Part shown: positions 1-14,122 of the stretch, one piece after another
How the letters are laid out: every line of letters begins with the position of its first letter
Numbering within the stretch: position 1 is the stretch's first letter
Assembly (NCBI GenBank): GCA_951406725.2
Contig: OX597821.1
Location: 64,914,001-64,978,000 of the forward strand
Reading direction: 5' to 3'
Length of the DNA: 64,000 nt
From: Octopus vulgaris
Taxonomy: Eukaryota
Made by a program: the position numbers and the translations under genes
The notes under the pieces: model-generated
Seen by the model: the letters and a program-made list of their open reading frames with translations, nothing else
Told to the model about the DNA's origin: nothing
Databases searched by the model: none

Positions 1-1411
1 ATAAACATAACCTGATAACACATACAAACAGAATATAAAAAAGAAAGCAAAAGAACAAGAGTTGCATATACTATAGCTAAATAAGCAATGAAAAAATGGT
101 AACAAATGCAATGAACAGTCGAATATTCTAAGGCCATTCTCATGTACTACTTGTGGCCAACAGAATGACTTTATGAAGTCGATGATGATTAGAATCCAAG
201 TGCAAAGAGGAAAATTTACTAAACACAGAGGAATATACAAGGCGGTCATGCAATAACAGACAACGCTATATAATCTATGACACCAATCCTAAATATGCTG
301 TGTAGTTCTCAAATATATGGAAGCAGAAAATATTTAGCTCAATGGATTCGGTTTCTGGAGATTGTCAACACGATATAATGCTTCTCAGTCACGGTACAGC
401 CGGATACAAAAAAAGAAAAAGAAAACAGGTACACTGTATCAATAGTCCGTATATGATGACGTACAAGACATAATTCTTACCGAACAATGTATAAAACTAA
501 TTACCCCGAGTATATGCGAAACTAAGTCTATATATGCGTTCTTGTTTAGCTAGCGAGGAGATAAAGCTCCATCTACTCAAGCGTGAGAGCAAAAGTTCAC
601 GTGATTTCGACTTTAGTTGGTTTTGTCAATGATGGACGTTCGATCGCTAAAAAGCAGCAGCGACTCATCTCCCCGCCAGCAATATATAGAATAACAGTGC
701 TAGAACAGGTGCCGGTGTCGCGATTAGCTACTGAACCTATTAAAAAATATGTATTACCGACCTCTCTGTATTAATACTTCTTTTGTCGCTAATATATATT
801 TTTTTACCAACAGCTTTTTTCCTTATGTACTCTGCTGAAACGGAGTGCGTTGAATGTGCCCTCGAGTCTTTTCTGCCATAAAAAAAACATTATGCCATCA
901 AGTACATTGAAATGTGTGATTTTGTAGATATAAAAGATATTAATGTGTGAGTGTGTGTGTTTTGTATGTGTATGTGCGTGTGTGTGCGTATGTGCATGTA
1001 ACGTACGGGTCGACTGACAAAAATACATCAGTGTTGACCACTCATGAAGGGCAAGCTGAATTTAAATAATGCACCTGCGAAACAGAAAGAACATTTAAAC
1101 ACAAATAACATTTTGGGCGGCAGTGAAGGATCAGAAACTCACATTTTGTCACCGGTTATCTTGATTTATAATGGAAGACATATAAACGAATGAGTAAAAT
1201 AAAGCCACGAACTAGGGCAAGCGCAGCCATATACCTTTCTCGTACCATATATGAAACTGAAGCTGTTATTAACAAACACTTATGATAATTTATGCAAACT
1301 TTTTGAACATATACGTATGTTCACGTACATTTGCTCCAAGGTGATCATGGATGTACGCATGTAATCATACGCACACACACACGCATGCAAAAACAGGTAT
1401 ATATACACACA

Positions 1412-1570
1412 ACGGTCTTCTTTCAATTTCCATCTACCTTATCCAATAATTAGGCATTGGTCAGAGCCAGGCTATAGTGGAAGACAGTTGACAAAGGTTC
1501 CACATCCTGGGATTGAACTCCCACATCATGTGGTTAAGAAGCAAACTTCTTACCTCACAGTCACGCCTAC
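1412..1570 (-). mobile_element. tRNA-derived CORE-type SINE (family B), 5' half, diverged
   Basis: Reverse complement matches the head GGAGTGGCTGTGTGGTAAG...GGTTCAGTCCC...ACCTTGGGCAAGTGTCTTC of the full copies at 6277 and 43799. Confidence 0.75.
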
Positions 1571-1729
1571 TGCAATATATATGATGCGACTCTCTACTCT
1601 ATACTCTTTTCTTCCTCCATCCTTCTTTAATTCCTTTTTCTCTCCCCTTCCCTCCATCGCCGTTTTCTATCTCTCACTCTCTCTCTCATTCTTTCTCTTT
1701 TCTCTCTCTCTCTCTCTCTCTCGTTGCTC

Positions 1730-2104
<375 letters not shown>

Positions 2105-2135
2105 GTATGTATATATATATTTACATATATGTATA

Positions 2136-2300
2136 CGACGGGCTTCTTTAAGTTTCCTTCTGCCAAATCCACTTAGAAGACTTTAGTCGGCCTGCGGCTA
2201 TAGTAGAAGATGCGTGTCCAAGGTGCCACACAGTGGGAATTCACCCAGAACCATGTGGTTGAGAAGCAAGCTCCTTACCACACAGCCACGCATGCGCCCT
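2136..2300 (-). mobile_element. SINE family B, 5' half
   Basis: Similarity to other family B copies in the window. Confidence 0.8.
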
Positions 2301-2329
2301 ATATATATATATGTATGTATGCATATACC

Positions 2330-2360
<31 letters not shown>

Positions 2361-2671
2361 GCGTTTGTGTGTATGTATGTATGTATGTATGTATGTATCT
2401 ATGTATCTATGTATCTATGTATGAATGTATGTACGTATGTATGTATATATATAGATAAGGTGGAAACCTTCGACTTAGGATTATAGCGGTAGATCTGCAT
2501 ATTGTAGGGAATACAGGACTAGGTTTATTGAATGGTATACGTTCAGAACATCGCGCTTATTATTCATCTTAAGTCCGGTGGGAAGAAAAAAGTCCCTTCT
2601 GAGTATTTGATTGCACAAGGAGAAGAACCCTTTTCAGCTTGAATGCCAGCAAGAACTTCGCAAAATGCCCT

Positions 2672-2710
<39 letters not shown>

Positions 2711-2739
2711 AGAGAGAGTGAAACAGAGACCGATATATG

Positions 2740-2778
<39 letters not shown>

Positions 2779-3087
2779 GTATGTATGTGTGTGTGCAGGT
2801 ATGTGTGTATATATATATATATATATACATATATATATACACATACCTGCACACACACATACATACGTACATACATACATTGTATGATTAGGTTAGAAGT
2901 CTTTGTTGATAGACGAGAGAAAATATTCAATAAAAGAAATATATATATATATATATATGTTTCTTTTCGGAGGTGAAATATTACAAATAAAAACTACGTT
3001 CGAAAACGTGAAGCCAGTAATTGTAATTTGTGAAATTCCAGCTTCAAAAAACAAAGCAATAAGTTAATAAAAATTATACATATTCAT

Positions 3088-3118
<31 letters not shown>

Positions 3119-3978
3119 CATACATACCCATGCACACACACACACGCACATATATACACATATATATATGTTCGTTCGTATATATATATATATATATATA
3201 TGATATACATACATTGTTTTGCAGACAGTTATTTTTTTCTGTATCAATGTGTATCAGTGTATGAATGGAGTATTGATATGTTTAAATGAATGCGCAGATG
3301 TGACAGAATGTCTGTAGGTACGTTCGTAGATGACTTATGCTATAGACAGTATTTGCTCTGATGAATATCAGTCGTCCGTATCTATTCGTCTAAAGAGATG
3401 ATTTATATTCCTCAAATATAACAAACAAATATTTAAACGAATAAATAATAAAATGCAGGAAATTATTTTTAAAATTAATACAAATAATAATCTCGATACC
3501 TATACACACAAATACACACATAAACACACACAATGTTTGCGTATGAGTGTATGTATTCACGTATATATATATATATGCATATATGGTGTATATCTGTGCG
3601 TGTTTTTGAGTTTGTATGTACATTTGGTGGAGGGGAGAAAGATGAAATGTGGGCTTAGGGCGTGCGATTGGGAAAAAAAAACTTTAAATATCGAAGCGGA
3701 AAGTAGATGCCAATTTTACACCACATTTTTTTTTTCGAAGACTAGAATATTAAGACAGGCCTGACTAGTTTTAGTTTATTTTACTGCTTCATCAGGCATT
3801 GGTTACTCGTTTTCGTAATCCCAGAAGGAATAGCAGCTTATAGCAATAAGTAATATACACAAAAAACAAATAGGACTTTAGTGACCTGTCCTAATTTGTA
3901 ATGATAGAGCAAGTATTGATAACATGAGAGAAGTTAGTTCTATAAATCTTCAGTCAGTTTCTTATTTTTTTCTTTCAA

Positions 3979-4335
3979 AGGCGGCGAGCAGGCAGAAACG
4001 TTACCACGCCGGGCGAACTACTTAACGGTATTTCGTCTGCCGTTACGTTCTGAGTTCAAATTGCGCCGAGGTCGACTTTGCCTTTCTTCCTTTCGGGGTC
4101 AATAAATTAAGTACCAGTTGCATACTGGGGTCGATGTAATCGACTTAATCCCTTTGTCTATCCTTCTTTGTCCCCTCTATGTTTAGCCCCCTGTGGGCAA
4201 TAAAGAAATAAGAAACGTTAGTACGCCGGGCGAACTGCTTTGTGGTATTTCGTCCGTCTTTATGTGCTGAGTTTAATCTAATCGAATGGCCTCTTCCCCA
4301 AATATTTCGGGCCTTGTGCCTAGAATAGAAAAGAT
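3979..4335 (+). mobile_element. tRNA-derived SINE family A
   Basis: AGGCGGCGAGC-GGCAGAAACGTTA head, B-box-like GAGTTCAAAT, central GCCTTTC-TCCTTTCGGGGTC-ATAAATTAAGTACC block shared by many copies. Confidence 0.85.
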
Positions 4336-4345
4336 TACATTTTCT

Positions 4346-4423
<78 letters not shown>

Positions 4424-4619
4424 TAGAATAGACGTAAGTGCTGGGTTTAGCAATTTATTAAATGCACTATTTAATGTTCCCTGTGAGATGTGGCTGAACT
4501 ATGCGTTCTTCTGCGACATGAAAATGGAGACCGCTCTCATGTATTTCACGTTATATCTGATATGTATGTGTGTGTGAGTGTGTATGTGTGCGAGTGTTTG
4601 TGTGTGTGTGTGTGTGTGT

Positions 4620-5030
4620 GTCATCATCATCATCAACATTTAATGTCCGTTTTCCATGGTGGCATGGGTTAGACGGTTTGACAGGCGCTGACCAGCTGAA
4701 GGGGCGCTTAGGCTTCCTGTCTGTTTTGGCATGATTCCTACGACTGTATGTCCTTCCTAACGCCAAACATTTTACAGTGTGTACTGGGTGCTTTTACGTA
4801 GTACTAGCATGAAATGGTTGCAAGTGACATGCCTGTATACAAGGACAACCAGCTACTACCTAGCTTGACGTGTTTTTTTGAAGGACAGCAAGCTACCAGG
4901 ACTTTCGGTCCTCTGTCATCCACGCTGTGAGTCCCAACGTCCATAGATCCTTTCTCACCAATTCGTTCCACGTCTTCCTTGGCCTACCCCTTCCTCGTGA
5001 TCCCTCTACAATTTGAGATCGTCACCTCTT
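4620..5030 (-). mobile_element. RTE-clade LINE 3' fragment with (ATG)n tail
   Basis: Minus strand of about 4880-5012 reads IVEGSRGRGRPRKTWNELVRKDL...EDRKSW, the typical RTE C-terminus; 3' UTR ends in (GAT)n. Confidence 0.75.
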
Positions 5031-5160
5031 GATATGTGTATGTATGTATGTATGTATGTATGTATGTATGTATGTATGTATGTACGTATGTATGTATGTA
5101 TGTATGTATGTATGTATGTATGTATGTATGTATGTATGTATGTATGTATGTATGTATGAA

Positions 5161-5620
5161 GGTATGTCATTGTTCAGTTTTATTTCAAGATTTCTTGTCT
5201 ATACAGTAGGAGCCGGTTTCTAATAAGATTCAAGATTCATTCATTGGAATTTCAGCATCAACAACGTGTTTTTGTAGTTCATGTATGGTACGTATGTATA
5301 TATATATATGCAGATTTGTATGCTTTGTTTTATGTGTGTATTCTAATGCATATAGCTGCATATCTAGACATGTTCATATATATTTAAATGACAAACTTAT
5401 GGGAAGTTTTACAGTTCCGGTGATGGACTGTGTCTGTAGTCTTCGAATTAGCTTTCTTATTTCTGGTTTTTAGAGGCCTAATTTCTCAGGATTGGTTTTT
5501 AGAGGCCCAATTTCTCAGGATTGGTTTTTAGACAATGTTACATATCTGAGGCCACAATAATTTAGGCAGTCTCAATAATTATAGGCATAAATCTGAACTT
5601 GTAAACTGGATAGAGTAACT
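5161..5620 (-). mobile_element. R4/Dong-like RLE non-LTR retrotransposon 3' relic
   Basis: Broken frame QLLYPVYKFRFMPIII...KPEIRKLIRRLQTQSITGTVK, homologous to 38590-39235; (TATG)n on both sides; internal 29-bp tandem duplication at 5464-5531. Confidence 0.65.
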
Positions 5621-5957
5621 GTATATATGTATGTATGCATGTATGTATGTATTATTAAGGGCCGGTGATATGCAGGAGACTGACAGGGACAGCAATGCCT
5701 GTCATCGCCACAGATGGAGTATATATGTGACAGGGGTATTTCCGGTTTCCGATGGTTACATCCACCCACAAGCCTTTTGTCGGCCCGAAGCTGCAATTTA
5801 AATACAGTTGCCCATGGTCACATGCAGTGGGACTGAACCAGGAAGCATGTGGTTGCGAAGAAAGCTTCTTACCACACGACCCAGTCTGCGACAGCTTAAA
5901 TATATCTTTATACTAATCTTCATCTTTACCTCAGCAATATATGCGTGTATGTGTGCA

Positions 5958-6066
5958 TGTGTGTGATTATGCATGTGTACGTATAATGTGTGTGATTATG
6001 CATGTGTACGTATCATGTGTGTGATTATGCATGTGTACGTATCATGTGTGTGATTATGCATGTGTA
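5958..6066. repeat. 29-bp minisatellite (TGTGTGATTATGCATGTGTACGTATCATG), about 3.7 units
   Basis: Direct tandem units visible. Confidence 0.85.
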
Positions 6067-6276
6067 TATGTTATTGAGTATGCGTCTGCGTGTGTGTTCG
6101 TGTGCCCATGCATGTGCGTGTGCCCATGCATGTGTGTATGTATGTGTGTGGGTGCCTGTGTGTGTATGTTTGAACGTGTGTGTGTGTGTGTGTATGTTTG
6201 AACGTGTGAAGCCAATTTACATTTTCAAAGTTGTTTGAATGGTCATAATTAATTTTTTACTTATATAGTCATAGCA

Positions 6277-6708
6277 GCAGGAGTGGCTGTGTGGTAAGTA
6301 GCTTGCTTACCAACTACATGGTTCCGGGTTCAGTCCAACTGCGTGGCACCTTGGACAAGTGTTTTCTACTATAGCCTCGGGCCGACCGAAGCCTTGTGAG
6401 TGGATTTGGTAGACGGAAACTGAAAGAAACCCGTCATATATATATATGTGTGTGTGCGTGTGTTTATGTGTAGTGTATCTGTCTGTCTGTGTGTTTGTGT
6501 GTACGTGTGTGTGTGTGTGTGTGTTTGTGTGTCTAGGTTTGTTCCCCCCCTACACACACACCATCACTTGACAACAAATGGTGGCGTGTCTACGTCCCCG
6601 TAACATTAGCTGTTCGGCAAAAGAGACCGATAGACTTGTTCGACAAAAAGGCAGTACTCAAGCATGGCCGCAGTCAAATGACTGAAACAAATAAAAGGAA
6701 TAAAAGAA
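6277..6708 (+). mobile_element. SINE family B, near full length with internal (TA)/(TG) microsatellite
   Basis: tRNA-like head, CORE-like GGCACCTTGGACAAGTG block, tail AGCATGGCCGCAGTCAAATGACTGAAACAA. Confidence 0.9.
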
Positions 6709-7110
6709 CGAAAGACTAGTTGTAAACAACGCAAAAGAAATGCAAGATGGTAGAAAAAAAAGACAAAAGTCGGAGACAAATTTGAATATTTTTCCCCATA
6801 CAAACAGGTGCAGAATCTTGTAGATGATCAAATCTCAGCAGGTTTTAGTGTTTGCAAGTAAGTAATTCATCACAAATTTTACATCTTTGTGAGATATCTA
6901 TAGTATTGGTTATCTTTGCAATGCTTACATTTCTAATATCATTATTTATCTTTCGACCTAGATCTAGCTGTATGCATTATATATCTCTATAGATATACAT
7001 GTATGTATATAAACATACACACATATATATATATATATATATATATGTAAGTGTATATATATGTACGTATGTGCGTGTATGTGTATCCGTACGTGTGCGG
7101 GGGGTATCTT

Positions 7111-7154
<44 letters not shown>

Positions 7155-7493
7155 CGTGTTTTGTCTCTCAAAGTATATAGCTAATTAAGTTACAACTAAG
7201 CATTTAATTAGCTGTGTAAATTAACAAATTTTACCTATATACGTGATGTATAACTGTCAAAGTGTCTGTAAAGAAATCTTTGAATATCTGACACGACATA
7301 GGCGTGTATGTATGTATTCATATGGCGGGCGTGTAGGACTATGTGTGCGTGTATACATACATGTATGTGTACACACACAAACACAGACACACACATACAC
7401 ACACATATATATATATACTTGGAAGTGGATGCGTGGCGTTTAATCATATAATAGTATAAATAATATATATATGCACATACTTACATATATATG

Positions 7494-7543
<50 letters not shown>

Positions 7544-7699
7544 TATATGGGTACAGGACGTCACAAAACGTAGGCAACATGAAATACCAAACCCACATGA
7601 ACTACGAAATACGAAACAATGGAATACGCACTTTTGTATGCGAAAAACTGAATCATACACTAATACAAACAGATACGTATTTTATATTCTGTTATTCTC

Positions 7700-8494
7700 T
7701 AGGTATAAGGCCACAAATTTTGAAGAAGGGGTCAGTCGATTAGATCAATCTTAGTACGCAACTGGTATATTATTATTTATCGACCCCGAAAAGATAAAGG
7801 GCAAAGTGGACCGCGGCGGAATTTGAACTAAGAACATGAAGATAGTCGAAATACCGCTAAGCATCTCGCCCGGCGTGCTAACGTTTCGGCCAGCTCGCCG
7901 CCTTGCGAAGCGGAATATATTTTTTCTACTCTAGGCACAAGGCACGAAATTTGAGCGTGGGGAGGGGGGGTCTAGTCGATCAAATCGATCCAGTATGCAA
8001 CTGGTACTTAATTTATCGACCCCGAAAGGATGAAAGGCAAAGTCGACCTCGGCGGAATTTGAACTCAGAATTTCTATTATTTCTTTATTGCCATAAGGGG
8101 CTAAACATAGAGGGGACAAAGAAGGACAGACAAAGGGATTAAGTCGATTACATCGACCACAGTGTGTAACTGGTACTTAATTTATCGACCCCGAAAGGAT
8201 CAAAGTCAAAGTTGACCTTGGCGGAATTAGAACTCAGAACATAAAGACAGGCGAAATACCTATTTCTTTACTACCCACAAGGGGCTAAAGATAGAGAGGA
8301 CAAACAAGGACAGACAAACGGATTAAGTCGATTATATTGACCCCAGTGCATAATTGATACTTATTTAATCCACCTCGAAAGAATGAAAGGCAAAGTCGAC
8401 CTCGGCGGAAGTTGAACTCAGAACGAAGCAGCAGACGAAATACCACTAAGCATTTCGCCCGGCGTGCTAACGATTCTGCCAGCTCGCTGCCTTG
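7700..8494 (-). mobile_element. Cluster of tandem/nested SINE family A copies
   Basis: Four recurrences of TTTATCGACCCCGAAAGGATGAAAGGCAAAGTCGACC-like blocks; heads end at about 7903 and 8493. Confidence 0.85.
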
Positions 8495-8743
8495 ATGTAT
8501 ATTCCCATTACGTTATGTTCAAACGCTATCTTGTCCTTAACACTTCTCTAATTATATGCAAGTAAGATTTATCAGAGTTTGTTAGATTGTACGTATAACA
8601 CATGTGTACATGATAACATATATATTTATATCGATAGATAGATAGAAATGGTAAGAGAACAAAAGAATGAAAGAGTCCACGATATTATGTAATTAGGGGG
8701 ATTTATCTGTAAATATGATATGTGACGATTGTTCGGTAGCGAT

Positions 8744-8804
8744 GATAAAACTCCGAGTTTCGGATGTCGGGGCGGAAACCCACGCCGGCATCTCTTCAGT
8801 TATC
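8744..8804 (-). ncRNA. Minimal type-I hammerhead ribozyme within an inverted repeat (arms 8705-8767 and 8827-8889)
   Basis: rc: GATAA CTGAAGA GATG..CATC C GAAA CTC G GAG TT TTATC; stem I GAUAA/UUAUC, near-palindromic stem III, GUU triplet. Confidence 0.75.
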
Positions 8805-8939
8805 GGGCCATCGAAAAATTGCTATAACATCCGAATCTCGGAGTTTTATCATGGCTACCGAATAATTGTCACATATTATAATTACAGATATATATATATA
8901 TTTATATAGAGAGATATTTTTATACATATATATATCCCT

Positions 8940-9210
8940 CTGCAAAAAGATCTCAAATTTTATTTGATTTGCTTTTCGCAGGAAGGAAAGTTTCTTATTG
9001 AAGATACGTCTCGCCTTCACCTTCGAAACGTAGAGTAGATGAAACCATGGCGACTGAAGAAGGGTTTTTTTCTTTGTGTTATTTGTCCTGTACTCTATTT
9101 TTTTGTTGTTTAAAAGAAAAATGTCCAGTTCCTTGGGTTTGTATCTATGTTTTCGTTTCTCATTGTGTTCGACGTTTTTTGGTGTCCTGTACTCATATAT
9201 GCGTGTATAT
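8940..9210 (+). repeat. Short (TA)n-embedded element, GTCCTGTACTCATATAT-ended family
   Basis: Shared terminus with 1730-2003 and 7538-7690; contains a half-HHR-like CTTC GAAA CG TA at about 9021-9032. Confidence 0.5.
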
Positions 9211-9276
9211 ATACATGTAGAGGTAGGTACGTACATATATGTATATATATATATATATATGCATATGTTTTATTTA

Positions 9277-9318
<42 letters not shown>

Positions 9319-9368
9319 TATATATATATAATATATATATATATATATGTATAAACATACATATAAAT

Positions 9369-9414
<46 letters not shown>

Positions 9415-10671
9415 CTTTATATGCGTGTGTGTGTGTGAGTAGATATGTGTATGTATATCTATGTATCTGCGTGTACATATGCGTGTGTATATTATGTGCA
9501 GATACGATTGTATATATGCAGGCGCAAATATCTGTCATATATGTGCAGAAATATATATATATATAACACGCATGCGCACATGCATGCATACACACATAGA
9601 CAGATAGACTTGCACGTGTGTGTGTGTATGTGTGTATTTGTGTGTGTTTGTGTATGTGTGTGTGGGGTTTTGTGTGTATTTACTTGAAGTCACAGAAGGT
9701 GTCGTTCTAAGTAAACTGTTTTTCAGCCAGCCAAGCATAGGGTAAGACTAACAAATCAGAAAGGCCACACACACACACACACACACACACACAGCCCAGA
9801 TTTCGATAAATATTAAATAAATATTGATCTATATAGCCGTATCGTGTACTTTCTTTCGCTTTATAGCGCCTCACACAAGTGTGACATTACAATTTGACTC
9901 TATTGCATATACATATATAATCATACGTACGGGCTTACACGTGAACATCACACGAAAATACATACGTACGTACATACATAAGCATATATGTTTGTGCCTG
10001 TGTCTAAATGTGTGTGTGTGTGTATATACCTATGTATACATATGTTTATTATGTTGAATTGAATCGCTTTCCTTCTTTACAACAATATACCGAGAACCAG
10101 TTATATCTATAGAATGCAAACGGTTTAAATAATAAATAAATATAAAATAGAGATTTCAAAAAATACATTAAAAATGTTAAATAAACGAAAATACAAATAA
10201 ATATAGCATTAAAAAATGATTAAAATATAAGGCAAAAATCAATAAATCAATAAAGAAAGCCACATATCCCGTCTAGACTGCCAACGTTTAGTTAGTTGCC
10301 AACATTGAAGAGAATATAACATCTATTTCAAAACTACTTCCATTTCAAATGTCTTAGAATTAGTGTCGGTTTGTGTGTGCATGCGTGCGGTCGTGTGTGC
10401 GTTAAGTGCTTTCTCTCACTCCCTCTCTCTTTCTCTCTCCCCCTCTCTCTCTCTCACACATTCACTAACTGTATATATATGCATATATGCATATATGTAT
10501 ATATATATATATATGTATGTATACGTACACACATACATATTTGTATATAATCAGGTGTGGAAATATATATTATATACATAAATATAGATATGAATGTATG
10601 CATTTCTGCTATACATATGTATGTGCATTTGTATTATAAAGAATTTACGCTAATATATAGACATATATACA

Positions 10672-10706
<35 letters not shown>

Positions 10707-11937
10707 GTACAATCATATTTGTGTGTGTGTATATATATACGCACGCACACTCATATATACATATATATATATATATACTTATGTGTATACTGTCTATAGG
10801 TGTTATGTCCGTCTTTGGCATTGTATATGTCATATATATATATATATATATATATATACACGCACACATTTATACATGCAGTTTCGTGTAAGTGTATATG
10901 TTTGCTTCCATATATCCATACATACAAACATACATGAATACATACACATCACACACACACACACACATAAGTACACACACATACATAAATACGTACATAC
11001 ATACATACATACGTACATATCTATTGACACGCAAGTACATACAAGAATTCCTACATACATTTTTGCACATTCATATCTATTTCTTGTTCATATTTCTAAT
11101 TCTTCTGTCGACTTAAAATGTCTGCCTGAAGCAACAATAACGTAAGCAACCAGATTGAAATTTGTTTACGTACGGCGATAGAAAGAAGACAAGAAGTCAA
11201 GTGAAGCAAATATTCTACGTTAAATGTTGTATAGATTGGAATCTCTCGTCTCTAACTAAATAATATTTATTGCATTTAAAGTTGGTGTGTTTTGTGTGTG
11301 GGTTTCTTTTTTTTTTATTTGGTATTTTAGTTTTCTTGTTTTCCCATTTTTTTTTTACTTTCCATTTCTTTTTTTTTTTTGTATTTTTGTGTTTTTTGTT
11401 TCCCTGTTTGTTTTTCTTATTCTTTTGCATTTCTGATATTTTTGTTTGTGTTGAAATAAAAATAATGATTCTTAATATAGGCACAAAGCCACGTATTATT
11501 TGGAGTGCTGTGTTGTTGGGGTTGATATATTCGCTTCAGTCTCCATTACAACCACCACCAGCACCACCACCGCCATCACCATCGCAAAACCAACAAAACC
11601 ATCACAACCACCACGACCGCGGCAGTCGTTTACCTATCAAAAGAACATCTACGTGTTCCTTCTATGTGCTAAAAATATCAACAAATATCCCTTATACCTT
11701 ACTGTCTTCAGAATAACAGGATATTGGGTTCTAGATGCGTCTGTTACACTATCATAGAATTAGTTCACCATGAAGGGTAGAATACTTCGAACATAACTAT
11801 ACTCGTTCAGATATGACCTAGGGCTCAATTTATTACGACGCAAACAAAAGCTATACCATTGTATCGACAACTGAATAATGGAAGGCACTGTCGATTTCAC
11901 AGCATTTCAAGAGAAAGCTGACTGATATACATATATA

Positions 11938-11988
<51 letters not shown>

Positions 11989-11989
11989 A

Positions 11990-12541
11990 TCAAATGTAAG
12001 GATATAATTCTTTTCGAAAAAAAATATTTTCTCGAAAAAAACTTTATCAATGGCCAGTATATTAAAAAAATACCTTTAACGGTTAAATTTATAAACAATT
12101 CATAAATGAGGGCAAAGGAAAACATTTCTAATGCCAAATATGCCGAAAAATTGGACATATTGTCCATTAACCATATAATATTTTCACAATACGCACGCTA
12201 CTCGAAAAAAGGTCGAAAGAAATTTCTAAAAATTCCATTATTACCATATCGGACCGATTTCAGAGTTAGCTACTAAGAGCCCTCTCTTCGTCAGTGATAC
12301 ATGTGGCAGAAGAAATAAATGAGATACTTACTCATACCCATGGAAGAAGCAAATACTAAGTCATGGGCACAACTAAGTACCCCAAATACATCCAAAATAG
12401 AAATACACCAGCCCATTCGAGGCAATTTTTTCGAGTAGCGTGCGTATTGTGAAAAAATTATATGGTTAATGGACACTATGTCCAAGTTTTCGGCATATTT
12501 GGCATTAGAAATTTTTTCCTTTGCCCTCATTTATGAATTGT
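11990..12541 (-). mobile_element. Non-autonomous PLE-like element with inverted arms (12095-12210 / 12426-12541) in (TA)n
   Basis: About 115-bp inverted repeat, internal HHR, (TA)n flanks. Confidence 0.65.
12246..12300 (-). ncRNA. Minimal hammerhead ribozyme (slightly degenerate)
   Basis: rc: GTATCA CTGACGA AGAG..CTCT GAAA TCGG TC CGATAT; GUC triplet, stem III one change from the palindrome ACCGGT. Confidence 0.75.
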
Positions 12542-12654
12542 ATATATATACCGGAGTAAACACATAAATGTGAAACAGGGTGGAAAAAAGAGTACTCAAA
12601 TACTATTGGTAGAGTAATATGCTTTATTTAAAGCAGCAGAAAATTCAACAAAAC

Positions 12655-12692
12655 CTGTTACTCTGAGTTTCACGTTGCCGTTCGTCGGACAG
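12655..12692 (-). ncRNA. Minimal hammerhead ribozyme, U4C core variant
   Basis: rc: CTGT CCGACGA ACG GCAA CGT GAAA CTC A GAG TA ACAG; all three stems pair, GNRA loop on stem II, GUA triplet. Confidence 0.85.
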
Positions 12693-12725
12693 TTTTTGCT
12701 AGAAAAACAGTTTTTCTAGCAAAAA

Positions 12726-12763
12726 CGGTCCGACGAACGGCAGCGTGAAACTCAGAGTAACAG
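12726..12763 (+). ncRNA. Minimal hammerhead ribozyme, mirror copy in palindrome 12624-12794
   Basis: CGGT CCGACGA ACG GCAG CGT GAAA CTC A GAG TA ACAG. Confidence 0.8.
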
Positions 12764-12789
12764 GTTTTGTTGAATTTTCTGCTGCTTTA

Positions 12790-12832
<43 letters not shown>

Positions 12833-13110
12833 TATAGTTTTAGGGGTATTTGTATATTGCGTGTAGGTGTGTGTTGGTGAATGTATGTGTGCGTGTAGTG
12901 GAACGTGTGCGTGTATGCATCATGTAAATACGTGCGCAGCTATATAATTTAAAGAAACTTCAACATAAAACAGTTACACACCCTCGACTGTATATATACA
13001 CATATACGTACATGCATATATATGTATGTGTGTGTGTGTGTATGTGTGTGTGTATGCATGTACGTATGTATGTATGAGCATGTGCATGAAATATATATAT
13101 ATATATATAA

Positions 13111-13270
13111 TTTCAACAATTGAGGGTAAAATTAATTAGCTATTAATCAATTTCACCAAGTATTCAGTATGTAAAGGGACCATTTAAGGCGAATTCAAAA
13201 TATTACATTGTATAAAAGGGCTTAGTAAAATAAATTACTTTGCCACATTTATTTTACTAAGCCCTTTTAT

Positions 13271-13275
<5 letters not shown>
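13111..13275 (-). mobile_element. 3' end of the 571-bp HHR element family with a short inverted tail, in (TA)n
   Basis: Matches 19465-19606 and 22248-22389; about 13205-13234 is inverted at 13247-13275. Confidence 0.8.
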
Positions 13276-13319
<44 letters not shown>

Positions 13320-13528
13320 GTATATGTATATATACGATTGTGTGCTGTGTAAGAATTATCTGATATAGAATTCAATATTTCGGCTAAACATTCCACTCAA
13401 GAGCAAATCTCAGATTAGACAATCACCTACACACACTCACGCACACACACAGACACACACAAACACACACAGACACACACAAACACACACAAGTTGACAT
13501 TCATCCATACCCAAGCATATGTACATAT

Positions 13529-13778
13529 ACCAACCAGCCAACCAACCGACAAACCAACCAACCAGCCGACCCACCGACCACCCAGCCAACTACCCAAACA
13601 ACCAGCCGATCCACGACCAACCGACCAACAAACCAACCAGCCGACCCACGACCAACCGACTACCCAAACAACCAGCCAAACAACCAGCCAACCAGCCAAC
13701 CGACCCAACACCAACCAACACTTCTGTTGGCTGTTATTTTTATATAAAAGTCACTGAATAAAAGATGGGTTGGTCACG
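13529..13778. repeat. Degenerate (CCAA)n/(CCGA) array plus unique tail
   Basis: Tail TTCTGTTGGCTGTTATTTTTATATAAA..TCACTGAATAAAAGATGGGTTGGTCACG repeated at 17700-17759. Confidence 0.8.
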
Positions 13779-14023
13779 GCGTGGTACTACTTTATCTTTC
13801 CCGCTTATTACTGTTTTATTTAATTATCAGTATTTATTATTGTTTATTTCTGCTTTATATATTTATACACTTGTACATTGTTTAAGCTGTTGTTGTTGTT
13901 GTTGTTGTGATAGTTATTGTTTTAAGACATATTTCCCCCAAAAAATACTGGGACCGGAAAAGATAATAGCATTGTTTATAATATGTGTGTATGTACATAA
14001 TACATACATATATATGTGCGTGC

Positions 14024-14080
<57 letters not shown>

Positions 14081-14122
14081 TGTGTGTGTGAGTGTATGTT
14101 TGAGTGTGTGTGTGAGGTAGGT

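Noticed and set aside
2450-2676. Possible mariner-like terminus (rc TACAAGGGCATTTTGCGAAGT)
   Set aside because: No partner inverted repeat or transposase remnant found
3758-3797. HHR-like CTGATGA..AAAA CTAG TC on the minus strand
   Set aside because: G12 missing and stem I out of register; probably a decayed HHR but not supportable as a feature
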